Assembly: GCA_032117235.1 (NCBI GenBank)
Contig: JAULZW010000006.1
Location: 2,532-66,531, forward strand
Direction of reading: 5' to 3'
Origin: Minisyncoccota bacterium
GTDB lineage: Bacteria; Patescibacteriota; Minisyncoccia; SW-4-49-11
DNA length: 64,000 nt
Shown: in pieces, positions 17,921 through 28,805 of the stretch
How positions within the stretch are numbered: position 1 is the stretch's first letter
Layout of the letters: every line of letters begins with the position of its first letter
Translations under genes and position numbers: made by a program
Notes under the pieces: model-generated
Told to the model about the DNA's origin: nothing
Seen by the model: the letters and a program-made list of their open reading frames with translations, nothing else
Database searches by the model: none

Positions 17921-18757
17921 TTACTTTAATTCTCCAGATCTTAACTTCTTTAGATTGGCTAAGTTTTGTATTAGCGCCCAAACAGTCAGAGGCCCAACAC
18001 CTCCTGGAACTGGAGTGACTTGTCCTTTAAAATCAAAGTTTTTGTGATAAATATCTCCTCTAATTTTATTATTTTCGTCTTTTAGAATACCAACATCAAC
18101 TATAATTTGATTCTCTCTAAATGTAATGTCTTTTAGTATTTTAGAATTTCCAGTAGCGGAGATTATGATATCGGATAAAGTAATTAATTGCTTTAAATTT
18201 TGAGTTTCTTTATGAGCTAAGATTGGTGTGGCTCCAAAGGCAGGCAGTATGGTAGCTAAAGGTTTTCCTACTAGAACGCTATCATTTATTATCAATACGG
18301 TTTTTCCAACTAAATCAATATTATAATAATCAAATAACAGAATAATCCCTTTAGGAGTAGCTGGAATAATAGGAGCTAAATTAGCACTAATTCGGCTTTG
18401 AAATAGTTTGCCTAACCAATAATCAGTGAGCCCATCAGCATCTTTTAAAGGGGTAATTGTATTAAGAATAGTATGCTCTTCTATAAAGGGGGAGAGGGGT
18501 AACTGTACAATAATACCATCAATACCAGTATATTGATTTAATGCTTTGATAGCCTCAACTAAATCTTCTTGAGATATATCTACGGGATATTGGAATAATT
18601 GTAATTTACCTCCTACATCTTTGAGTGCTTGGGACTTTTTTTCAATATAAATTTTAGAGGCCATATCATCACCAACTAGTATCACAGCCAAATTCAAACC
18701 CTGAGGAATAGTAGGTATTATATTTTCAATAATAGGTTTAGCAGATAATAAATTCAT
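17921..18757 (-). CDS. folD: Methylenetetrahydrofolate dehydrogenase/cyclohydrolase
   Basis: Motifs GIIVQLPL, KDADG, PATPKG, VGKPL, DVGI, TPVPGGVGPLT. Confidence 0.95.
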   Translation of the reverse strand: MNLLSAKPIIENIIPTIPQGLNLAVILVGDDMASKIYIEKKSQALKDVGGKLQLFQYPVDISQEDLVEAIKALNQYTGIDGIIVQLPLSPFIEEHTILNTITPLKDADGLTDYWLGKLFQSRISANLAPIIPATPKGIILLFDYYNIDLVGKTVLIINDSVLVGKPLATILPAFGATPILAHKETQNLKQLITLSDIIISATGNSKILKDITFRENQIIVDVGILKDENNKIRGDIYHKNFDFKGQVTPVPGGVGPLTVWALIQNLANLKKLRSGELK

Positions 18758-18763
18758 ATTAAA

Positions 18764-19972
18764 TTATAATTTAAATTTACTAATAAATTTAATCACTTCA
18801 GATTTTATTTGATCTAATTGATTAGAACGATCTATATTCTGAGCTACTTGAGCTATAAATTCAGAAATATTTTCCATATCTTGCTCTTTTAATCCCAAGG
18901 TAGTAACAGCTGGAGTCCCCAATCTTATTCCGTTTGGTTTAAAAGGAGAGGCAGTATCAAAAGGTATGGTGTTTTTATTAGTCTCAATATTGACTGAATT
19001 GAGAGCCTTTGACAAAGTATCTCCATCAATACCTTTGTTTCTTAAATCTACCAATATTAGGTGGTTTTCAGTACCTCCAGACACAATATCAAAACCTCTA
19101 TTTTGCAAAGCCTTAGCTAAAGCTTTGGCATTGAGAATTATTTGTTTACAATAATCTGTATATTCTGGTTTAAGGGCATCTTCAAGAGCAATAGCAATTC
19201 CTGCGATATTATTATTATGAGGTCCACCTTGTAGTCCAGGGAATACAGCTTTATCTATTTTTTGAGCTAATTCAGGGGAGTTGGTCATTATTAAAGCGCC
19301 TCTTGGACCCCTTAGAATTTTATGTGTGGTAGTGGTAATTATATCTGCGTCAGGAAATGGATGCGGATGTAATCCAGTAGCTACTAAACCAGAAATATGA
19401 GATATATCAGCCAAATGATAAGCTCCAATACTTTTGGCAATCTCCCCAATTCTTTTAAAATTAATTTGTCTAGGATAGGCTGAGTGCCCTGAGATAATAA
19501 GCTTGGGTTTATGTTCTTGAGCTAACTTTTCAATTTCAGCATAATCTATATACCCTTCCGGAGTAAGTCCATAACTAATAGAATTAAACCATTTACCAGA
19601 AATACTAACTTTATGTCCATGAGTAAGATGTCCTCCTGCTGGGAGCGAAAGTCCCAAAATAGTATTATGTGGCTCAAGTAAAGCAAAATAAACAGCTAAG
19701 TTAGCGGGGCTACCAGAATAAGCCTGAACATTAGCAAATCTTGTACCAAATAAATTTTTGGCGGATTCAATGGCAATTAATTCAATTTGATCTATGAATT
19801 CTTGTCCTTCATAATATCTAGATTGTGGATAACCTTCACTATATTTATTGGTAAGACTAGATCCGAGTGCTGTTAGAATTTCTTGAGAAACATAATTCTC
19901 AGAAGCTATCAGTCTAATTGTATTAGCTTGTCTCTTGGTTTCTTGTTGAATTAAATCTAAAATTTTACTCAT
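18764..19972 (-). CDS. glyA: Serine hydroxymethyltransferase
   Basis: Motifs LIASENY, NKYSEGYP, GGHLTHG, TTTTHKILRGPRG. Confidence 0.97.
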   Translation of the reverse strand: MSKILDLIQQETKRQANTIRLIASENYVSQEILTALGSSLTNKYSEGYPQSRYYEGQEFIDQIELIAIESAKNLFGTRFANVQAYSGSPANLAVYFALLEPHNTILGLSLPAGGHLTHGHKVSISGKWFNSISYGLTPEGYIDYAEIEKLAQEHKPKLIISGHSAYPRQINFKRIGEIAKSIGAYHLADISHISGLVATGLHPHPFPDADIITTTTHKILRGPRGALIMTNSPELAQKIDKAVFPGLQGGPHNNNIAGIAIALEDALKPEYTDYCKQIILNAKALAKALQNRGFDIVSGGTENHLILVDLRNKGIDGDTLSKALNSVNIETNKNTIPFDTASPFKPNGIRLGTPAVTTLGLKEQDMENISEFIAQVAQNIDRSNQLDQIKSEVIKFISKFKL

Positions 19973-20068
19973 TTTATTAGAATTATATATAAAATAATTA
20001 TAGCAAAATATATAATATTATACTAATTATTATGATATAATGGTATATATGATAAATAAATTAAATAG

Positions 20069-21193
20069 ATGAAACCTTTAAGTGGTAGATTATTATATAT
20101 AAATTTAGTTCTTGCTATAATTTGGGATACTATTGGGTTTTTTTTATTTATTTTAGGTTTAATCCCTGGGGCACAACCAATCACAATTACAGCATCTTTA
20201 GTTATTGATGCAACTGCATTTTTTACTGATTTAATATTTTGTATATTATATCAGGGTTATGTCAAAATATATAATGCTAATTTTAAGCTATATCAACTGA
20301 AAAGAATTAGGGAAATGATGAGATTATCCAAGAAAAATAGTGGTACATCTAATAATCCTATAACTAAGAATTTAGCTCGTCAAACTCAAAAAATAAATCA
20401 ATATATGCTGGATAATTTTTCTAATTATATAATAGGTTTTACTGTAAAAAAAATTCAATATTCAATCTTGACATCAGTAGTAGAAATAATTCCTTGGATC
20501 GGTGATTTTTCCCCATCTTGGACTATTAAGGCTAATTTGCATCTAAGAGAGCATCGTAAAATGGCTAGAGAATTAAAAATAAGAAATACAAAATTTGAAA
20601 AATCTTTAGCGAAGTGGCGAGGCTCCTTAAAAATTGGAGGCGTCAGAAAATTTATGTCCCCAAAAAATAAGAATACATCAGTTAAAGAGACAAACTCTAA
20701 TAATATCAGAACATTTAAAAGACGTGTACCAAGTGAGGTGGGACAATCTCCACAGCCAAAAAAAGATATGAATTTAGATGTTAAAAAGTCAGTCGCTAAT
20801 AATATTAGACCATTTAGAAGTCGCTTACCAGTCGAGAATGCTCAACCTGTACAGGCACAAAATAATAATAAATTAGCCAACATACAATCAACAGCTAACA
20901 ATGTTGCTTCTATCAGTAGACAGCTAGTTGGTTCTATACCACAACAGTCTTTAAAGGATGAAGATGATGAATTACAATACAGAAATCAACCTATTAATGA
21001 TATAAAGTCTATAAAAAAACAAGTATTTAGTGATATATCCAAACCCGTATCAGCTAAAAAAGATAATATTTTACCCAATATTAAAAGTGTAAATAATGAA
21101 AAATTAGGCTCTAACAATATTAGACAATTCTCAAGAAGTGCACAGAGTCAAGTAAATAGTGATAAAATACTAGAAACATTAATCAAAAAATAA
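20069..21193 (+). CDS. Hypothetical membrane protein with a low-complexity basic C-terminus
   Basis: N-terminal TMs, EIIPWIGDFSPSWT motif, repeated NNIR(T/P/Q)F units. Confidence 0.7.
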   Translation: MKPLSGRLLYINLVLAIIWDTIGFFLFILGLIPGAQPITITASLVIDATAFFTDLIFCILYQGYVKIYNANFKLYQLKRIREMMRLSKKNSGTSNNPITKNLARQTQKINQYMLDNFSNYIIGFTVKKIQYSILTSVVEIIPWIGDFSPSWTIKANLHLREHRKMARELKIRNTKFEKSLAKWRGSLKIGGVRKFMSPKNKNTSVKETNSNNIRTFKRRVPSEVGQSPQPKKDMNLDVKKSVANNIRPFRSRLPVENAQPVQAQNNNKLANIQSTANNVASISRQLVGSIPQQSLKDEDDELQYRNQPINDIKSIKKQVFSDISKPVSAKKDNILPNIKSVNNEKLGSNNIRQFSRSAQSQVNSDKILETLIKK

Positions 21194-21246
21194 ATACTAT
21201 TCTAAAACTTTAAAATATGATATAATTTACAATATGTATTAAATAT

Positions 21247-22467
21247 ATGAAATATAGAAATATTATTAAAATAATTATCTTAACCATAATTATAGGCTTG
21301 TTGGATACAGGCTCTCTCTTAGCTCAGACTATAGATAATAATGCCACCACTAATTCAACTACTCCCAATTTAATCAGTTCTATTAATAATGATCCCAAGA
21401 CTCAGGAAGAAGCTAATAGGTTAATTGACTCTTTAATTAATAAAAGTTTTGCTGATAGCTATTATACAGATAAATCATCAATAGGTGAGATAAAATTAGT
21501 AATAAAAAATAAATATTTATTCACTAAACAGAAGATAGATTTTTCTACCGTGAACTATCATATAGATAAAAACTTTAAATTTGAGGGAGCGGAATACATT
21601 TGGAAAATTAAAAAAGGAGATAAGATTGTAATGGAGTTGAAAGACATCAATAAATCTAGCTTTTTCTATAATTTTACAGAATCAGGGACTTATCAGATAG
21701 AGGTGAGTGTTAATTCAGCTGGAGTTGTGAAAACAGGTAGCATTAGTATAGATATTTATAATAAATTATCTCTAGATTACAGACCACTTAATCCTGGTAA
21801 AGGAGATATAATTACAACAGCTACAGAATTACCAGTATCCCAATATGCAATAGAATGGAAAGTAGATGGAGAAACCAAAGAGACAAATAACAATAAGATA
21901 ACATTTACAGAAAATAAAGGATATAAACAAAACTATTTTATAGAAGCTATCGCTCGAGATAAGCTGAGTGGATATACTAAATATTATGGTAATACCACTA
22001 TCAATATTCAAGAACCAGAAATAAGAATATCTTTGGTAAATAACAAAAATAATGCTCCAATTGACTTTAATGAAGAAATTAATATTAATGAGCCTATTCA
22101 ACTATTAATCTCTAGTGATGTGTTGAACTCTAGTCAAGATTCAAAATTAGCATATACATATAGAATTAATGACAAATTACAAGATGGTAGTGGAAACTCT
22201 GTAACATTAGATATTGATCCTAATCAATCATATAAAATAGATATAATTTCTAGAGATACTAGTGAAAAAGATGCTAATGCAATAAAATCCTTTATTATCA
22301 ATAAAGATAAAATATCAACTCCAGTAGATGCTAATTTAGCCAAAGTGAGTAGATTAGATTATTTCAAAAATGATAGATATTTGGGAATAGGACTATTATC
22401 CATAATTCTAGTAATGATATTAGTAATGTCTAATCATAGCTCACTGAATAAGAAAATTGAGAAATAG
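21247..22467 (+). CDS. Surface protein with Ig/PKD-like beta domains and a C-terminal TM anchor
   Basis: Signal peptide; YIW...F.ESGTY.I.V.V and EWKVDG patterns; C-terminal TM. Confidence 0.65.
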   Translation: MKYRNIIKIIILTIIIGLLDTGSLLAQTIDNNATTNSTTPNLISSINNDPKTQEEANRLIDSLINKSFADSYYTDKSSIGEIKLVIKNKYLFTKQKIDFSTVNYHIDKNFKFEGAEYIWKIKKGDKIVMELKDINKSSFFYNFTESGTYQIEVSVNSAGVVKTGSISIDIYNKLSLDYRPLNPGKGDIITTATELPVSQYAIEWKVDGETKETNNNKITFTENKGYKQNYFIEAIARDKLSGYTKYYGNTTINIQEPEIRISLVNNKNNAPIDFNEEININEPIQLLISSDVLNSSQDSKLAYTYRINDKLQDGSGNSVTLDIDPNQSYKIDIISRDTSEKDANAIKSFIINKDKISTPVDANLAKVSRLDYFKNDRYLGIGLLSIILVMILVMSNHSSLNKKIEK

Positions 22468-22771
22468 TATTGTGGATAACTTAAGTAAGAAGCAAAAATT
22501 TATTATTTTATTAGTTGGAGGTGGGATAATAATTGTAGGTGCATTTATTTGGTCTATGGTCCTTAATTTAAGTCAAATGTCAATTTTAAATCCAGTTCCA
22601 GAATTAAGTTTCCCAAAAGAAATCTCAGAAATAATAGAAAAAAATAATTCTTCATCAGAATTACAAAATATAACTGAAATTTTAGAAAAAGATAAAAATA
22701 AAAGTGTAGATTTAGATGAAAATAATAAGGCTAATACAGAATTAAATTTAGACTCAGATACAAAACAATAA
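22457..22771 (+). CDS. Small single-TM hypothetical protein
   Basis: KKQK followed by a hydrophobic helix; the start may be GTG at 22472. Confidence 0.6.
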   Translation: MRNSIVDNLSKKQKFIILLVGGGIIIVGAFIWSMVLNLSQMSILNPVPELSFPKEISEIIEKNNSSSELQNITEILEKDKNKSVDLDENNKANTELNLDSDTKQ

Positions 22772-22778
22772 TAGTATA

Positions 22779-23219
22779 TTATTCAGAGATATCCTGAATT
22801 ACAGTTTTTTCCCCATAAGTATCTAAAGTCCAAGCTACCTCTTCTACTCTAGATTGGCTATACTCATTCTTCTCCCGCATATAAGAGGCTTTCTTTTTTT
22901 GAGTAGTAATTTTGATAACTGATCTTGTAATATCAACATCACGAGACCATAAAAATAAAGTCGGTTTTATAATATAAATTATAATATTTGTAAGTAAAAT
23001 ATCAAAGTTCTGGCCATTTATTTTAACAAATGCAAAAGCAAAGGTTGCCCCTATCACAGGTAATATACTAATAAAAAACACTCCTAGATTAGGCTTGAAG
23101 TACCATAAAAATCCACCAATCACGACTCCAATAGCTAAAACAGCAAATTGTCTAATAGTAATAGGTCCAAATATTTTATCTTCAGAATCAACAAATTGAG
23201 GGATATTATATTGTTGCAT
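22779..23219 (-). CDS. PrgI-family (VirB3-like) protein
   Basis: MQQYNIPQFVDSEDKIFGPITIRQF, two TMs, F.KING. Confidence 0.85.
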   Translation of the reverse strand: MQQYNIPQFVDSEDKIFGPITIRQFAVLAIGVVIGGFLWYFKPNLGVFFISILPVIGATFAFAFVKINGQNFDILLTNIIIYIIKPTLFLWSRDVDITRSVIKITTQKKKASYMREKNEYSQSRVEEVAWTLDTYGEKTVIQDISE

Positions 23220-23225
23220 ATTAGT

Positions 23226-24113
23226 TTATTCAGGTTGCTTTAAATTTACTAAATTTTTAGGAATAGGAGTTGGCTTGGCAGTTAGTACAATTGGAGCTGA
23301 AGACTTAGTCGGAACAGGCATACGAGGCACCGGTTGAGGGCTAAATTGAGGTATATTATTAGCAATACCACTATGAGTAGTGGATTGGGTAGGTTTAGGA
23401 TTTGTATTATTAACTATATGTGTTGGTAAGGGAGTATTAATAGCCTCCTTACGAACAGGCTCAGTATTAACAGCAGGTATATTATTATTATCTAAATCTT
23501 GATAAAGTACAGTAGTATCTGTTTGTAAATAATCATAAAAAGATAATACTTTTCTTAAAGCTTCTTTTTCAGCTGGACTCAAAGTTTGGACTACAGTATC
23601 TCCACTAATAAATTTAGATTTAGCAAAATTATCATTAGAGTTAATCCCAGTAGCTCTATTATAATATTCAATCCAATTAGCAATATTAGGTTTAGCTTGA
23701 GGATTGTCTTGAGATAAATGTAGGGGAACAGTCCCAATTTGCTGATTGTTTTTCTCAACTAAACTCAATAAATCTTTTCGCATCATTTCTTTGATTAACT
23801 CTATTGGATAAATAGAATATTTACTCTCAATTCTGGCTCTAAGATCTCGCTCAGAAGGCCAAATAGGATTCAAAGACTCAATTAGGTTAAAAGATATAAT
23901 GTTAAATAATAATTCGTATTTTAAATTCGGAATAGCCGTCACATAAAGTTGGAAAATAATTTTAGATAATTCGCGATAAGCATCTGGATTGGATGTTTTT
24001 ATATTATTATCAATAAGAGATTTTTCTAATTTTTCAGCAAATTCAAAAGCCCCGAGAACATTGTCATAAGTTATCAGTGATTTGGCTTCTTCTTGTATTT
24101 CAGTGAGTGTCAT
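23226..24113 (-). CDS. Hypothetical protein with a Pro-rich C-terminus
   Basis: Intact ORF within the operon; PNIANWIEYY and NLVNLK motifs. Confidence 0.7.
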   Translation of the reverse strand: MTLTEIQEEAKSLITYDNVLGAFEFAEKLEKSLIDNNIKTSNPDAYRELSKIIFQLYVTAIPNLKYELLFNIISFNLIESLNPIWPSERDLRARIESKYSIYPIELIKEMMRKDLLSLVEKNNQQIGTVPLHLSQDNPQAKPNIANWIEYYNRATGINSNDNFAKSKFISGDTVVQTLSPAEKEALRKVLSFYDYLQTDTTVLYQDLDNNNIPAVNTEPVRKEAINTPLPTHIVNNTNPKPTQSTTHSGIANNIPQFSPQPVPRMPVPTKSSAPIVLTAKPTPIPKNLVNLKQPE

Positions 24114-24138
24114 GGGGGGATATTTTATTTTTATATTA

Positions 24139-26214
24139 TTAAGGAGATGAAGTTATTCTATTTTTACCACCTAGTCCTTTTAGTGCAGCCTTCAATTTGT
24201 TCTCACCAATTTCTGGCACTGATAATTCTGGGTAAGTGGCACGAGCTACAGCTGGATCTGATTGATATAAAGATAAATAGTTATTTATTTCTTTAATAAT
24301 ATTGGTTCTTATTCCTCCATATTTATTCCATGATTTTGGATCTTCTAAAGTGTCGAGTGAAGATTCATTTGCTATAATCGGAGCAAATTTCTTAATATCA
24401 AAGTTGTCTTCATATATTTCTCTTCCTGATGAATCTGTAACTTTACTTTTTGTATTAAATATAGAGTTATTTTTTGCAACCATATCTCCTGCTCCGACTA
24501 ATCCAGCTTTTGCTGCTTTAGCAGAGGGTGAGTAATTTGTATTTTTTACATCTCGTTCTGCTAATCCAGCGGCAAAATTACCAACCCCCTTATCATTTAA
24601 TATATTAGCCTGACGACTTCTAAAGCTATTTGTTGTTTGAGTACCTATAACTTTACCATTAGCATCTCGGATAAGGTTTCCAGCACTATCTTTTTGCTCA
24701 AAATTATCATTAATGAATGCATCAAGTTGCTTAGCATCAGTATCATAACCATTAGATGGGTCTGAATATTTACTATAATCACCTTGTGTAAATATTTTAT
24801 TCCATCCTTTTAATTCAGATATTCTTGTTGCTAATGCCATGGCAGTGAATTTATCTCCATCATCAAGAGCTTTCTTCATATCTTGAGCTAATTTATCAAC
24901 ATTAAATTCATCTTTGACTTCTGTAGCAGCAGCTCCTTGTAGTGTAGCAGCCATTTTTTTATAGCGTTCATTTCCTTTCTCTTCTAACTTACCTTCATTA
25001 AACAAACGAATTGCTTTTTCTTTCTCAAAATCTTCTAATTGTTGTTTTTTCCCTTCAGCTGAAAACCCTTGAAATCTTCCCACGAATCCAATCCCTTCTT
25101 TTTGTTGTTCTATCAAATCTCTTTTTTTACTTTCATATTTTTGATTGGCATTTTGCAATGCTTTAATTCCAGTTACTCCACCCACAGCTCCAGCTGTATT
25201 AGTGAGCCCACCAGCTAACTTATCAGTATTCTTAATACCACCCTGCACTAATTCTTTTCCCTTACCAAACATTTTTCCAGTACCAACTCCTCCAGCTCCG
25301 ACATAAGCTCCTAGTCCTAATGTGGCAACAGTACCAGCTACTCCCACAGCATTTTTTAGTATAGTAGGAGCAGATTGAGCAGCCTTGGTGGCTGTAGAAT
25401 TGGCCAAGAATAATAATCCTATCACTAAGACATAATTTATTAGATTACCATTATTCATCAAATTATCCCCACCAGTCGTAGCAGTATTAGCAGAAATTCC
25501 AGTGCTCATCAAAGAAAATGCTAAATATAAGAAAAACATTAAAGTTGGCCCAGTAACTAAGGCTTCTTGTAATTGTTTTTTCCAATCATCACTAATAGAT
25601 TTTAGTCCTGGTATTAAAGTAGCCATAAAAGCCAAAGGAGCTAACATTATTACAAACCACAAGGTTACTATCCTCATAGCTAGAATAAGTGCAGTCCATA
25701 ATAGTACAAATACTAAAATAGCAATTACAACAATAGTAAATATATTTAAAATAATATTCTCTGTATTAGATTCTGAACCTGATTCTGCTATTCTGGATGC
25801 AGTTCCAATAATGTTTGCCATATTAGGTCCAAAGGAATTATAAAAAGATATCATTATAATTTGGCTAATATCTATCAAGAATCCTACAATAGCTTTACTG
25901 AAATTTATAAATAAAGCTACAAATATAAAATTAGGCAACATTCTTTTAGCTGTATAATTATCTAAGGATCCAACATTAAGTACAGTTGAGATTGCAATTA
26001 ATAATAAAACTAAAGCAAAGAATAAATTAGAGAAGTTTCTAGTAATTTCCCAGCCAGCATTAACTCCTTCACTAAAGAAATTCTGATAGGACATAACATT
26101 TGTTAATAATGGGACAACAGCATTGTTTAATAACATTAAAAAAAAGTTTTTAAACATACCAACTATGTTTGCCACTAAAAATCCACCTGCTTTATCTAAA
26201 AACCAATTAACCAT
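24139..26214 (-). CDS. VirB6/TrbL-like polytopic membrane protein with a long cytoplasmic tail
   Basis: GWEITRNFSN, ALFINFS, RIVTLW...LAPLAF..LIPG, Gly/Ala-rich segment; in the same operon as PrgI. Confidence 0.72.
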   Translation of the reverse strand: MVNWFLDKAGGFLVANIVGMFKNFFLMLLNNAVVPLLTNVMSYQNFFSEGVNAGWEITRNFSNLFFALVLLLIAISTVLNVGSLDNYTAKRMLPNFIFVALFINFSKAIVGFLIDISQIIMISFYNSFGPNMANIIGTASRIAESGSESNTENIILNIFTIVVIAILVFVLLWTALILAMRIVTLWFVIMLAPLAFMATLIPGLKSISDDWKKQLQEALVTGPTLMFFLYLAFSLMSTGISANTATTGGDNLMNNGNLINYVLVIGLLFLANSTATKAAQSAPTILKNAVGVAGTVATLGLGAYVGAGGVGTGKMFGKGKELVQGGIKNTDKLAGGLTNTAGAVGGVTGIKALQNANQKYESKKRDLIEQQKEGIGFVGRFQGFSAEGKKQQLEDFEKEKAIRLFNEGKLEEKGNERYKKMAATLQGAAATEVKDEFNVDKLAQDMKKALDDGDKFTAMALATRISELKGWNKIFTQGDYSKYSDPSNGYDTDAKQLDAFINDNFEQKDSAGNLIRDANGKVIGTQTTNSFRSRQANILNDKGVGNFAAGLAERDVKNTNYSPSAKAAKAGLVGAGDMVAKNNSIFNTKSKVTDSSGREIYEDNFDIKKFAPIIANESSLDTLEDPKSWNKYGGIRTNIIKEINNYLSLYQSDPAVARATYPELSVPEIGENKLKAALKGLGGKNRITSSP

Positions 26215-26220
26215 AAAATT

Positions 26221-27921
26221 TTAAGGTATTAAACCATTAACAGCTCCACTTACTGCATTGTTTACAGCTCCAGTAGCATTTGTTATGGCTCCACTTACAT
26301 TGCCTATTCCTGGAATTTCCATATTGCCAACTATTCCGTTTAATAATCCAGAAATCTGTTTGTTTAATTCACAAGATAAACCACTAGTTACATTTATTAC
26401 TAATGAATCTTGAAGAGATTTAAAAAATCTATCTGGGTCAGGTATTGCTCCAGTTCCAGTTAATCCGGCTTGCAACTGATTAGCAAATCCTTGTGGATTC
26501 TTCAGAGAATTAATAGGATCAGATTTGGCATTATTAAGTACAGAGGACAAGGTATTATTTACTCCATATAACCCTTGGGTTAGGACTGGTTTTAGTGTGC
26601 CGTCTAGAATATTTTGAGGTATAGCTTCAAAACAATTATCCCCAGAAGCTAAAATAGCTTGATCTATAGTAGCTTCATTAACTTTTTGGGATAGGGAAGA
26701 TATATTAGATCCTGGAGTTTGGATTACTTTAGTAAATGGATTTTTATTATTATCCTGTGTTTTAGAGAAGTATCCATCTCCCATATAGACTACCTCGTCG
26801 TTTAATTGTGTTTCTGCCTTTTTAGATTTTTCATCAGCCATAAAACCAATTGTAGTTGCAATGTCATTAGCATTATTATTTGTTTTAAGTCCTTCAATTA
26901 TACAGTCTAAGGTATCTGCCTCTTCTACTTTGATATTCCCACATTTTTCAGTAAATGTTTCTTTAGGTAATTGACTCTCGGTTGGGTCTTGTAAGTCTTT
27001 AAAATATTCTTCCAACTCCTGATTTTTCTTTAAGGAAAAATTAGCATAATCTCCATAAGTCTCTATAGCATCATTTGACACTACTCCAGTTTCAGGATCT
27101 AGAGCTCCGAATTGTATCCCTAGTTTTCTCAAATCATCTAAGTTTTGAGGCATTAGATTATCATTACTAATTTGAGTTCTTAGAGTATCACTTACTGTAG
27201 CAATAGTTTTAGCCTTTTGCTGTGCTGCCAGAGGAGCATCAACTAATTCCTTTTGTTGATATAGAGCTAAATCATCTACTACAACTACTGGTAATGGAGT
27301 AGGTGAGGTGATATTAACTGGCAAAGGTAAAGGATTGAATAAGTCTACTGGTAGCGGAGCTATCAATCTTCTGGTATCAATTACTTCATTTATATTATTA
27401 TAATTACATTCCTCAAATATTTTTTCTAATCCTATTAAATCATTGAAGTTACCAGTAAATTGTCCGATAGGATCTGCTACTACTCCAGTTAATGTACCAT
27501 CTAATTTAAGTCCAAATGGTGAATTTAAATTCCCTAAAAAATCCCCAGCTAAATTACTAAGATTACTGGTAAAGGAGCCTCCCAATATTCCTCCAGTAAT
27601 AGAATTTGCAAAGTCAGATCCAAGTCCATTTGGTCCAGATCCACAACCAACATCTCCTTTATATGGACTTTCCGGAGCTTCTATAGGCTGTGGTTTTACA
27701 CAGGTATATGTCGCGTTTCCAACTTTATCCTTAGACTCTATTGGTAGTAATCCACGATATTGCTTCTGGCAAACTTCATCTTGGCTACATTTTTTATCCC
27801 CACATGTTTGACCGTATAAATTATCGGCATAAGTTATATTGGGTAAAATAAATATAAATAAAGATAAAAATAATATTTGGAATAATTTTATGTTTATTTT
27901 ATTTTTAATAATATAATTCAT
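26221..27921 (-). CDS. Secreted hypothetical protein (Cys-rich N-terminus, Gly-rich segments)
   Basis: Signal peptide ending TYA; CGDKKCSQDEVC; Gly/Asn/Ala-rich tail. Confidence 0.7.
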   Translation of the reverse strand: MNYIIKNKINIKLFQILFLSLFIFILPNITYADNLYGQTCGDKKCSQDEVCQKQYRGLLPIESKDKVGNATYTCVKPQPIEAPESPYKGDVGCGSGPNGLGSDFANSITGGILGGSFTSNLSNLAGDFLGNLNSPFGLKLDGTLTGVVADPIGQFTGNFNDLIGLEKIFEECNYNNINEVIDTRRLIAPLPVDLFNPLPLPVNITSPTPLPVVVVDDLALYQQKELVDAPLAAQQKAKTIATVSDTLRTQISNDNLMPQNLDDLRKLGIQFGALDPETGVVSNDAIETYGDYANFSLKKNQELEEYFKDLQDPTESQLPKETFTEKCGNIKVEEADTLDCIIEGLKTNNNANDIATTIGFMADEKSKKAETQLNDEVVYMGDGYFSKTQDNNKNPFTKVIQTPGSNISSLSQKVNEATIDQAILASGDNCFEAIPQNILDGTLKPVLTQGLYGVNNTLSSVLNNAKSDPINSLKNPQGFANQLQAGLTGTGAIPDPDRFFKSLQDSLVINVTSGLSCELNKQISGLLNGIVGNMEIPGIGNVSGAITNATGAVNNAVSGAVNGLIP

Positions 27922-27924
27922 ATA

Positions 27925-28677
27925 TTATGGTTTTTTATAAATAAGATTATATTTTTGTCTAAGTGTTTGTAATTCTTGTTTGATTACTAAGTCTAGTCTT
28001 TGAAGTAAAGATACAGTTAATTTGTTGTTAATGTCTAATTTTAAAGGGTCAGAACTAGCATTTAATAAAATCAATAAAAAGCTATTTTGTACTTGGGCTA
28101 TTCTTATATAAGCCTTATGTAATTGAAGAGCATCTGGAGGAACTTCTATTATGAATAAAGATAAATATAAACTCTTGTTTTTATTAAGTAGGGATTGTAT
28201 ATTTTGAGTTTTTCCACTCAAAGCATCTTCAGACAATTGATTTATATTTGGTTGAATAGAATTCTCTCTGAATACATTGTATAAATTAGTTAGATAATTG
28301 TCAATAGAGTTTTCATTTAATTCTTCAGTTGATAATAAATTTATATTTTTTTCTGGTAATGGAGGTAAATCTATATTATCAATGCCTATGTTTTTGGTAT
28401 TATTTTGGATTTCCTCCACTAATGGCTTATCTGAGATGAGTGAGTTAGTCAATATCTCGGCTCCTATTTTGGTAAAATTAACTTCTTGTTGCTTGCCATC
28501 TTTGGTGGTTTGTAAAATTCTGATTGGAGCAAGTCCTTTATCTATTTCTGATAAATTAGCTGATTGAGACTTGCCAGAGTTTTTTATAATATAAAAAACA
28601 ACAACTAATACTATAACTAATATAATTATAATGCCTATATAAACCAGATTTTGCCTTTTGAAGATAGATTGTAACAT
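27925..28677 (-). CDS. Single-TM hypothetical protein
   Basis: N-terminal TM, helical body, VPPDALQLH motif. Confidence 0.7.
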   Translation of the reverse strand: MLQSIFKRQNLVYIGIIIILVIVLVVVFYIIKNSGKSQSANLSEIDKGLAPIRILQTTKDGKQQEVNFTKIGAEILTNSLISDKPLVEEIQNNTKNIGIDNIDLPPLPEKNINLLSTEELNENSIDNYLTNLYNVFRENSIQPNINQLSEDALSGKTQNIQSLLNKNKSLYLSLFIIEVPPDALQLHKAYIRIAQVQNSFLLILLNASSDPLKLDINNKLTVSLLQRLDLVIKQELQTLRQKYNLIYKKP

Positions 28678-28805
28678 TCGATTTATATATATTTTAACCT
28701 ATAAATATTATACTATATTATTGCATTTATAGTCAAACTATCTATTTTGAATTGACAAGCTAAAAATATATGATAATCTAATTAATATAGTATAAAAATA
28801 TAAAT

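Noticed and set aside
22471-22480. Scattered DnaA boxes as oriC
   Set aside because: They are isolated, mostly within CDSs, with no cluster and no dnaA gene.
24302-28567. Plus-strand ORFs opposite the T4SS-like operon, and similar short antisense ORFs elsewhere
   Set aside because: Codon-symmetry shadows of real genes.
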